DNA from: an uncultured Nitrososphaeria archaeon
GTDB lineage: Archaea; Thermoproteota; Nitrososphaeria_A; Caldarchaeales; Wolframiiraptoraceae
Direction of reading: 5' to 3'
Length of the DNA stretch: 64,000 nt
Assembly (NCBI GenBank): GCA_964555135.1
Contig: CAZKRR010000001.1
Span: 1,147-65,146, forward strand
Of this stretch, positions 56,901 through 64,000 are shown one piece after another (position 1 is the first letter of the stretch; each line of letters begins with the position of its first letter). Made by a program: the position numbers and the translations under genes. Under the pieces are notes generated by a model. That model saw only the letters and a list, made by a program, of their open reading frames with translations. It had not been told where the DNA came from and ran no database searches.

Positions 56901-57269
56901 CCCACCTCCCCCATAACAGTAAAATATACATAGATATTCATTGGCTCCAAATCTCGTTAGCTAAGATATTCCATCTAAAGATGATAGGGTAGTTAAACTT
57001 AGGATACGCCTACAATGCGGTAGAGCCTATTTCACATACCCAAGGACAACGCTATCCCAATTCTTATTAGTAGGTCGAAGGTGTCTGGAATAGTGTATCT
57101 AATGTATTAGTATCCATGAGAAGGTAAGGAGATACAGAATTTAGAGATGAATTCTAGTGTTAACTTTAGGCAGAAGTGTTCCCTCTATGCAGAGAATGTA
57201 TTTTAGTTTTCTCTAGATTGTTGAGGAATATCTCAACACGATTCTCCCTATTATTCTTAGCCATATCTT

Positions 57270-57782
57270 TTAAATATCTTGCTTTTTGTATGTTCCTTTT
57301 TTAATCAATGTTTTAAAATGACCGTATGAACCAGTAGGATGTGGAACTCCAATTATGAAGTGGTCTGGATATCTAAAGCAGAGTGCTTCGAACGTTCTTC
57401 TTCCTAATGCAATTATAGGAATACCTTTTCCAAAGAATTCGTCGGCTAAGCTTATTTCTCGGTCTAGAAATCTCTTCATACAAGTCACTAATGTAGAAAT
57501 AGGTAAAGCTTTCCGCTTCTTTCTACTTTTCTCACATTTACATAATTCTGTCCATAGAATAGGAATAGATTCTTTAAATTCAAGGAACTCCTTAACGAAT
57601 TCTCTTGAATCTTTATAGTATTTTATGTTTCTAAAATTCTTATGCCAGTAATTTACCCACTCTTCATACGTGGGGTTCTCCCTAACATATTGTATTTCTT
57701 TTTCCCTCGCATTTCCAGGATTGATCCCTACTATTATGCATTCAGGCTTCCCTGATCCATCAAATACCTTTTTCACGATCAT
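57270..57782 (-). CDS. uracil-DNA glycosylase superfamily protein (MUG/SMUG-like)
   Basis: Motif 1 IIVGINPGNA (GxNPG) and motif 2 VPHPTGSY (HP-S/T) in the positions typical of UDG families. Confidence 0.4.
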   Translation of the reverse strand: MIVKKVFDGSGKPECIIVGINPGNAREKEIQYVRENPTYEEWVNYWHKNFRNIKYYKDSREFVKEFLEFKESIPILWTELCKCEKSRKKRKALPISTLVTCMKRFLDREISLADEFFGKGIPIIALGRRTFEALCFRYPDHFIIGVPHPTGSYGHFKTLIKKGTYKKQDI

Positions 57783-58258
57783 TGAGCACGACTCTACATC
57801 TTAAAGAACAGTTAAGAATCTCTTCACCAATCTTGTAAATCTCGTCTCTAAACGACCTATACATGTTTCAACGATACCAGTAATCGGTAAAAACTTATTT
57901 AAACTCTCAATGGTGCTGTAACCTTAAGCTTTCTCATCCATCTCTGCTTATAGATATCTTAAACAAACATTAGTGAGAATCCTACTTCTCTTCTCTTCTC
58001 TTACAAAATAAATATTATTTTTATTTTGTCTGAAACAATTATTATACGATGAAGAAGTAGAGGTCTTCTAACATAAAACAACAGGTAAAGCATGGTGGTT
58101 CAAGAGTCTACAGCATACGTCTTTTCCAAGAAGGACTCCATACTATCTCGACACTTTATTTTGATATGTGAGTTAGAACATTAAATTTTTTATGGATTTC
58201 ATTGTTAGAGGCTTAAAATCTTATAACTACCTTTTTTCAAATTTGTTATCGAAATAGT

Positions 58259-60436
58259 ATGATGAAGGCTCTTGCATTTGTCTTGATAGTACTGCTTATT
58301 GCATCTTTCTATACAGCAGCTACTCAGAATATAACTTCTAGGTTAGATGAATTCACCGTCCAAGGATATGGGAGAGAGATATGTTTTAGGCTACTGACCC
58401 CTATTGTAGATTTGCTGTCTGGACCTGTATGGCTTAGAATGCTAGGTATCGATGTATACGAGTCAACGGTGAGTTCTGCAGTGTCCCTTTCTCAAGCAGG
58501 TGGTTTACCTATCCAGCTTCCATATAGAGTTCCATCTCCAAAGTTTAGTAGAAATCTCTTAATCTCAATAGATGTTAGTAGAATACCGTATCAAGCTGAG
58601 ACAAGCATAGTTGTTAATCCTCTGAATCCAGATAATATTGTAATCGGTATGAATGACTACGGTGTTTATGGTCCCTCAGCTTACGTAAGCATAGATGGTG
58701 GTGAAAGATGGGATGGTCCATTCGCTATGACTCCGCTCTTAAAAGATGATTACGGCTCAGACGTGTCCCTCGCATTTGACAGAGAAGGAAGAGTATACTT
58801 TGCATACATGTCTATAGGATTCAAATATGTTACTGTAAATAGAGTAGTCTTTGGAGATGAGAAAGCAAGCATAGTTGTCTCAAGATCCGATGATGGAGGA
58901 TTTAGATGGAGTCCACCGACAGTAGCAGCCGTTGGAGATATCTATGCTCACGGAAATGAAGTAGTCATAGTATTTCTTGATAGACCTAGGATAGCCATAG
59001 GTCCTGACCCATCAAACTTGAATAGAGATAGAATATATGTAACATATACAGAGTTTGTTCTTAGATATCCTCTTATCTCTGAGTACCCATACGTTCTCGC
59101 CCCAACGGTCAGTGTAACCATCAAGCTAGTATATTCAACTGATGGTGGAGAGACGTGGAGTTCGCCGAGGCCTGTAAGTCCAACCTACTCTCATATTCTA
59201 GGAGAAGAGAGAAGAAGAATTGTTCAAGGATCTAACCCTAAAGTCGGTAGAGATGGAACACTATACGTTGCCTACTATGACTCCTTAGATGAGGGACCAT
59301 GGGATGGTCTTTTCGCTCCAACAATAGTTAGAAGTAAAGATGGAGGTAGAACATTTACAAAACCCATCCATGTAGATTATCTTCCAGAAATGGATTATGA
59401 ACTTCCTCCAACACTCTTTAGAGCATGGGTCTCTATGATGCCTCAGATAGATGTTGGACCAAACGAAGAAGTATACTTGGTTGTAGCTGCTAAACCAGAT
59501 GATTCAGACATATTCTTCTACAGATCTCTTGATGGAGGAGAGTCATGGAGCATAGCTAGAAAGCTTAATGATGATAAGACTAACCGAGACCAGTTTATTC
59601 CAGCTATAGCTGTCAGCCCTAATGGAACGATCCATGTTTCATGGGCTGATAGAAGAGATGACCCCAAAGATGTAGAGTATCATATATACTATACAAAGTC
59701 TTCGGACAGGGGAGAGAAGTGGATGGAGAATGCAAGAGTTACAGATTATCCTTCAAACCCAAACTATGGATTATACCTCTATATTGGCGACTACTTTAGC
59801 ATTGCTGCAACAGATGAAGAAGTATATGTTTCTTGGACAGATACAAGGCTTGGAAGACCATATTCTCCAAACATGAAGATAGGGTTTGCCAGAACTAGGC
59901 ATATCCCACTTCCATCAATATTAGTATCTCCACCAAGCGGTCATGCAGGTCAGGAGATAACTATAATAGGCGAGAACTTCATACCCAATGGAGAAGTATA
60001 CATAAGAGTTGGAGATGCTTATCTATCGGCTGTAAGATCTGATAGAGATGGAAAATTCCAAACAAGGATCTTTATGCCGATCTTAGGAGAAGCCCCCTAC
60101 AAGATCGAAGTAATTGATGCATCTGGAAATAGAGCTGAAACATACTTCTACTGTGAGTTAGGCATAGATACCCTAAAGAAGAACATAGACTTGATGATAG
60201 GAGAATTCGATAAGATAATTAGAAAAACCACCCCTGGAAATATTTCAAGTACTATAGATAAGAGCTATGAAGAAGTTCTTAAATCCCTAAGAATACTTGA
60301 AGACAAGATAGAGAAGATCGAATCTGAATACTCATACATGAAGGATCTATCATACCTGCTACTAAGCCTTCTAGCCATATTATGTATAGTAGTTTTACTA
60401 TTGACTTGGAAGTTTCGGAGGGTTAGAAAAGAATGA
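58259..60436 (+). CDS. BNR/Asp-box repeat protein (sialidase-like beta-propeller), secreted with C-terminal TM anchor
   Basis: Five S-x-D-x-G-x-x-W boxes (SIDGGERWD, SDDGGFRWS, STDGGETWS, SKDGGRTFT, SLDGGESWS). N-terminal signal-like helix and C-terminal TM LLLSLLAILCIVVLLL. Confidence 0.6.
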   Translation: MMKALAFVLIVLLIASFYTAATQNITSRLDEFTVQGYGREICFRLLTPIVDLLSGPVWLRMLGIDVYESTVSSAVSLSQAGGLPIQLPYRVPSPKFSRNLLISIDVSRIPYQAETSIVVNPLNPDNIVIGMNDYGVYGPSAYVSIDGGERWDGPFAMTPLLKDDYGSDVSLAFDREGRVYFAYMSIGFKYVTVNRVVFGDEKASIVVSRSDDGGFRWSPPTVAAVGDIYAHGNEVVIVFLDRPRIAIGPDPSNLNRDRIYVTYTEFVLRYPLISEYPYVLAPTVSVTIKLVYSTDGGETWSSPRPVSPTYSHILGEERRRIVQGSNPKVGRDGTLYVAYYDSLDEGPWDGLFAPTIVRSKDGGRTFTKPIHVDYLPEMDYELPPTLFRAWVSMMPQIDVGPNEEVYLVVAAKPDDSDIFFYRSLDGGESWSIARKLNDDKTNRDQFIPAIAVSPNGTIHVSWADRRDDPKDVEYHIYYTKSSDRGEKWMENARVTDYPSNPNYGLYLYIGDYFSIAATDEEVYVSWTDTRLGRPYSPNMKIGFARTRHIPLPSILVSPPSGHAGQEITIIGENFIPNGEVYIRVGDAYLSAVRSDRDGKFQTRIFMPILGEAPYKIEVIDASGNRAETYFYCELGIDTLKKNIDLMIGEFDKIIRKTTPGNISSTIDKSYEEVLKSLRILEDKIEKIESEYSYMKDLSYLLLSLLAILCIVVLLLTWKFRRVRKE

Positions 60437-63015
60437 ATGATAAGTTTCTACTCGTAACCTTCTTGACATTCATAATAATTACAAGCATGATCTCATCCAT
60501 ACTTGCAGAAGAATACACTCCTCCCCATAGTAATCCTGGTCCAGCAGTAGATAGGATAATCTTTAGAAAAGTTGATCAAGACCTTGCACCAAAACTTATC
60601 GAGAGGGGGGATATAGACCTCTACCTCTATAGTTTAAAGATATCTACAGCTGAACAATATATGAGAAGTGAGACTGTATATATTTACCAAGCTCCTTCAA
60701 CAACAATTTCTATATTACTTAATCCAGCCCCTGCACCTGAGGGGGGATTAAACCCATTCTCTATACCGGAAGTCAGATTCGCTGTAAACTATCTTGTAGA
60801 TAGAAACTATATTGCAAAATCAATCTATGGTGGTTTTGCTGCTCCTATGTACTCTCATGTTAGTCCATTAGACTATGACTACCTTGTTATCTCAGAGTTG
60901 GTTAGAAGATACCAGTTTTCCTACGACCCAGATTATGCAAGGATGATCATTCGTAAAGCATTGGAGAGGGCTGGTGCAAAGCTAGTTGATGGTAAATGGG
61001 TTTACGATGGAAAGCCTGTTGAGCTGAGATTCATAATAAGAGTAGAAGATGAAAGGAGAGAGATAGGTAATATGCTCTCAGAAGAACTTGAAAAGATGGG
61101 GTTCACTGTCAAGAGAAGCTATATGGATTTTGCTCAAGCAATCTCGCTTGTCTACAGAACGGATCCCAAAGCTTTTGAATGGCATCTATATACTGAGGGA
61201 TGGGGTAGAGGAGCAGCTGAAAGATATGATTACGCTACTATAAATCAGATGTGTGCTCCATGGCTTGGATACATGCCTGGCTGGCTAGAATACGGTTTCT
61301 GGCAATATAGGAATGATTTGATAGACGGGCTTGGCAAGAAGCTGTTTAGAGGTGAGTACCAAAACCTAGATGAAAGAAACAAACTATACACAGAGTTAAC
61401 TAGGCTTTGCTTAGAAGAAGCTGTAAGAATATGGGTTGCTGTAGTGAATAGCCCTTACGCCTCGAAGACAGGTTTAAAAGGTGTATCAGTAGACATAATA
61501 TCTGGTTTAAGGTCTCTTTGGACTTTGAGGTCAACATACGCTGATAAGAATGAGTTGATAGTTGGACATTTATGGGTTAGACCATACATGGGTTCTGCAT
61601 GGAATCCGATCGGAGGATTTACAGACGTGTACAGCGTAGATATCTGGAAGCAATTACATGACCCACCACTCGTTAGAGACTCATCTACAGGTCTACCTAA
61701 ATGGTTTAGATCGACTTATCAAGTCGTAGAATCTAGCCCCCTAAGTAGGGTAGAGGTTCCAGGTGATGCATTCGTCTGGGATTCTGGGGGCGGTAGCTGG
61801 ATTAAAGTTCCAGCAGGTACTAAAGCTAAAAGTAGAGTAATCTTTAACTACGCAAAATACATTAATTCTAAATGGCATCATGGAGTAGAAATTAGTTTAG
61901 CCGACTTCTTATACTCCTTATATCAATCTTTTGACATAGTCTATAATGAAAAGAAATCTACTATTGAAGTATCTCTCTCGGCAACCCGAAAACCAATACT
62001 GGAAACATTTAAAGGGTTTAGGATAATCAATCAAACATCAATTGAAGTGTACGTTGATTACTGGCATCCGATCAAAGAATATATAGCTGAGTATGCTGAG
62101 CCTTGGGGTGTAGTCATGCCGTGGGAGCTACTCTATGGGATGGATATCATGGTATTCGAGGAGGGTATATCTGCTTATACGGATACAGCAGCAGCTAGAC
62201 TACAAGTAGATTGGCTAGACCTCATTGAACCTAAACAATGTAGAAGACTCATCAGCATATTCGAAAAACTAAAAGATAGGACTCAATACCCTATTGAAGT
62301 CTTCAATCTCTTCGGGAGGAGCTATGAAAATGCTGAGAATGTTTTAAAGAGATACGAAGCTGTAATCAGATGGTATAAGAACCATGGACACTTAGTGATA
62401 AGTAATGGGGCTTACTATTTAGAGGCGATAGGTACTGTAACGGAACAATATGCAGAACTAAAAGCTTTCAGAGATGAATCCTATCCATTCACCCCAAGGG
62501 ACTTTTACGTAGGTATTCCGAAGAAGATAGACTTCTACGCTCCAACTTTCATTCAGATACCAAAGAGTGAAGAAATAAGATTCGACATAGAAGTTAGAGG
62601 AGTTCCAGAATCATATATCACTATATTTATTGTAGACCCCCATACACAAGACCTACTCTACACTGAAGTAGTGAAGGTTCAGGAGGGGAAGACAACTATT
62701 AAGATACCTTTAGAAGTTTCAGCAAAGTTAAAGCAGGGCACTTACCAAGTCTACATTACAGCATCAAGTGATTATACATCTACAGTATCGGAGAGACTCA
62801 TCGAAGTCAACTTAATCGAGAAGGTTGAGAAAGTAACAGAAACATTTACAACTGAAGAAACCATGAAGTCTGAAACAACTGTTACGAGAGAAGTAGAATG
62901 GATGACTAACGTATGGTTACTCATCATAGTACTCGCGATAGCCATCATAACTGGCATACTAATTATGAAGAAGAAAAAACCGAAACAGCAACATGCTAAT
63001 GAGTATTCTACTTAG
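60433..63015 (+). CDS. ABC transporter substrate-binding protein, family 5 (oligopeptide/oligosaccharide type), C-terminally membrane-anchored
   Basis: Family-5 SBP pattern (FSIPEVRFAVNYLVDRNYIAKSIYGGFAAP), 860 aa. C-terminal TM WLLIIVLAIAIITGILI plus a basic tail, as in crenarchaeal SBPs. Confidence 0.55.
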   Translation: MNDKFLLVTFLTFIIITSMISSILAEEYTPPHSNPGPAVDRIIFRKVDQDLAPKLIERGDIDLYLYSLKISTAEQYMRSETVYIYQAPSTTISILLNPAPAPEGGLNPFSIPEVRFAVNYLVDRNYIAKSIYGGFAAPMYSHVSPLDYDYLVISELVRRYQFSYDPDYARMIIRKALERAGAKLVDGKWVYDGKPVELRFIIRVEDERREIGNMLSEELEKMGFTVKRSYMDFAQAISLVYRTDPKAFEWHLYTEGWGRGAAERYDYATINQMCAPWLGYMPGWLEYGFWQYRNDLIDGLGKKLFRGEYQNLDERNKLYTELTRLCLEEAVRIWVAVVNSPYASKTGLKGVSVDIISGLRSLWTLRSTYADKNELIVGHLWVRPYMGSAWNPIGGFTDVYSVDIWKQLHDPPLVRDSSTGLPKWFRSTYQVVESSPLSRVEVPGDAFVWDSGGGSWIKVPAGTKAKSRVIFNYAKYINSKWHHGVEISLADFLYSLYQSFDIVYNEKKSTIEVSLSATRKPILETFKGFRIINQTSIEVYVDYWHPIKEYIAEYAEPWGVVMPWELLYGMDIMVFEEGISAYTDTAAARLQVDWLDLIEPKQCRRLISIFEKLKDRTQYPIEVFNLFGRSYENAENVLKRYEAVIRWYKNHGHLVISNGAYYLEAIGTVTEQYAELKAFRDESYPFTPRDFYVGIPKKIDFYAPTFIQIPKSEEIRFDIEVRGVPESYITIFIVDPHTQDLLYTEVVKVQEGKTTIKIPLEVSAKLKQGTYQVYITASSDYTSTVSERLIEVNLIEKVEKVTETFTTEETMKSETTVTREVEWMTNVWLLIIVLAIAIITGILIMKKKKPKQQHANEYST

Positions 63016-63688
63016 TTGCTCTGATTGTTTGAGTTACTAATCCGGTACCGACTATTATTGATGCAGCAAGTATGACTAGGCCCAAGAACATCCATGGAAA
63101 TTTTTCTATATATTCAACTTCTCTTACTGTTTCTACTTCATAGACTGATTTCGTAATTGTTGTGATCACAACAGTAGGCTTATGTAATGTTACATATACT
63201 GGGATTGTCTCAGTAGACGTAGTTGTCACTGTCTCTGTAGGAAGGCTATAGACTGCTATCTGCATCCCATACGTTCCCTTAGACCCCAAATATGGAACGA
63301 CCACAATATAATAGTATCCCGAAGAAGATGCTTGATACGACATCCTTTCAGGATAACCTCTCGCCGAAGTGCTTCTCTCAACTACTTCTCTTTCAGGGCT
63401 TAGAAGATAAACGTCAAAGTCTGCATCTACAGGGACTCTCACTATTATGTGGAGTATTTGATTTACATTTAACCAGATTTTGAAGAAATGATTTCTACCT
63501 CCCTCCATGTAGAAACTGTATGAACCTGAGTTTAGTTCGGTAGCTGTAGAGAAACCGATTCCGGGCTCTACCTCGGAAACAGCAGGGATCAATAATACCG
63601 ACGAAATAATGAGTAGTGTAACTATATTGATATTTACTAAGAATGTTGTAGCTGGCTTGATCTTCATAACGGCCACAATATTATTCAA
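63008..63688 (-). CDS. Thr/Val-rich membrane-anchored protein, paralogue-like of 29232..29666
   Basis: N-terminal hydrophobic segment, T/V-rich repetitive core (PTETVTTTSTETIPVYVTL...), C-terminal TM FLGLVILAASIIVG. Confidence 0.4.
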   Translation of the reverse strand: MNNIVAVMKIKPATTFLVNINIVTLLIISSVLLIPAVSEVEPGIGFSTATELNSGSYSFYMEGGRNHFFKIWLNVNQILHIIVRVPVDADFDVYLLSPEREVVERSTSARGYPERMSYQASSSGYYYIVVVPYLGSKGTYGMQIAVYSLPTETVTTTSTETIPVYVTLHKPTVVITTITKSVYEVETVREVEYIEKFPWMFLGLVILAASIIVGTGLVTQTIRATK

Positions 63689-63810
63689 GAACGGTTTAAT
63701 AAATCTTTATTTTGAGTACGTACGCCATGCGCCTATCACGATAATACCCTACACTCTATCATTCATAAAACGCATCTATCAAAACAACATCCAACTATCA
63801 TGAACACTAG

Positions 63811-64000
63811 ATAAGAGTATTAAAAGAGAGAATACAAAGAGGATTTAAGGCTAGGATAAATTCCCTGAAAAGAGGCTACAAACCCGAATACGTCAACGCT
63901 AAAGACATTTCCAAGATGTGCCCGATATGTGGCGAAGTAAGTAAGCCGAATAGGCACATCTATAAACGTAAAAAACGCGGCCTCAAAGCAGATAGATATC
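63811..64000 (+). mobile_element. C-terminal fragment of an IS200/IS605-family TnpB (OrfB)-like gene; runs off the window end
   Basis: Translation RGYKPEYVNAKDISKMCPICGEV matches the TnpB RuvC-III / zinc-finger junction (YVDPRNTS..CP.CG). An in-frame stop lies immediately upstream (63808-63810) and no upstream TnpB-like ORF exists. The second Cys pair is replaced (KRKKRG). Confidence 0.45.

Noticed and set aside
56602-56931. 109-aa minus-strand ORF
   Set aside because: Overlaps the tRNA-Pro gene and the 3' end of the aminotransferase gene; spurious.
56901-57270. Integrase fragment or att duplicate downstream of tRNA-Pro (integrated element)
   Set aside because: No integrase-like ORF in any frame and no obvious repeat of the tRNA 3' half in the next 1.3 kb. 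Kept only as a low-interest note.
63609-63803. 64-aa plus-strand ORF
   Set aside because: Overlaps the N-terminal part of the minus-strand gene 63008..63688; no motif. The TnpB-like fragment begins only after its stop, in another frame.
1-64000. CRISPR arrays, rRNA genes, SRP/RNase P RNAs
   Set aside because: No run of regularly spaced direct repeats and no rRNA-like conserved blocks were seen on reading the sequence; none is claimed.

Overview
The window reads as a low-GC (about 38-40%) archaeal chromosome segment. Codon usage (AGA/AGG Arg, ATA Ile), leaderless gene starts, an AglB/STT3 oligosaccharyltransferase, an intron-containing tRNA and an S27e-aIF2alpha-Nop10 block give it the look of a thermophilic crenarchaeote (TACK). 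Coding density is high and mostly metabolic. From the left: an acyl-CoA dehydrogenase, thiolases with a DUF35 partner and a CoA-transferase (beta-oxidation-like); three HEPN-MNT toxin-antitoxin pairs; a PurM-like and a possible ThiN-like gene; translation and RNA-processing genes (S27e, aIF2alpha, an unlisted Nop10, LigT, CCA enzyme); AglB beside a giant sequon-rich secreted protein; lipA-lpd-lipB; and serine/tryptophan genes (COG2150-like regulator, trpB2, serA-like, class V aminotransferase). The most striking block runs from about 35.1 to 48.4 kb. Two 2-oxoacid:ferredoxin oxidoreductase (OFOR) clusters sit there in different subunit orders (gamma-delta-alpha-beta, then delta-alpha-beta-gamma). 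The second runs, with 1-8 nt overlaps and no spacers, straight into a 1135-aa protein made of two complete HdrA modules plus a C-terminal MvhD domain, then a soluble HdrC-HdrB (CCG) fusion, then etfA-etfB. This looks like one roughly 9.2 kb operon coupling a ferredoxin-reducing OFOR to Hdr-like and Etf flavoproteins. I read it as a candidate cytoplasmic flavin-based electron-bifurcating or confurcating module that, to my knowledge, has not been characterised. Several genes look decayed or have anomalous starts: a CPBP protease with two frameshifts, a roughly 1.4 kb stop-riddled remnant, a TnpB C-terminal fragment at the right edge, and a serA-like and a retropepsin-like gene whose N-termini are encoded in frame without ATG/GTG/TTG. 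A 127-bp element with 16-bp perfect inverted arms, plus nearby 15-bp direct repeats, is a candidate ncRNA or MITE. No CRISPR array and no rRNA were seen. All identifications come from motif and architecture recognition by eye, not database searches.
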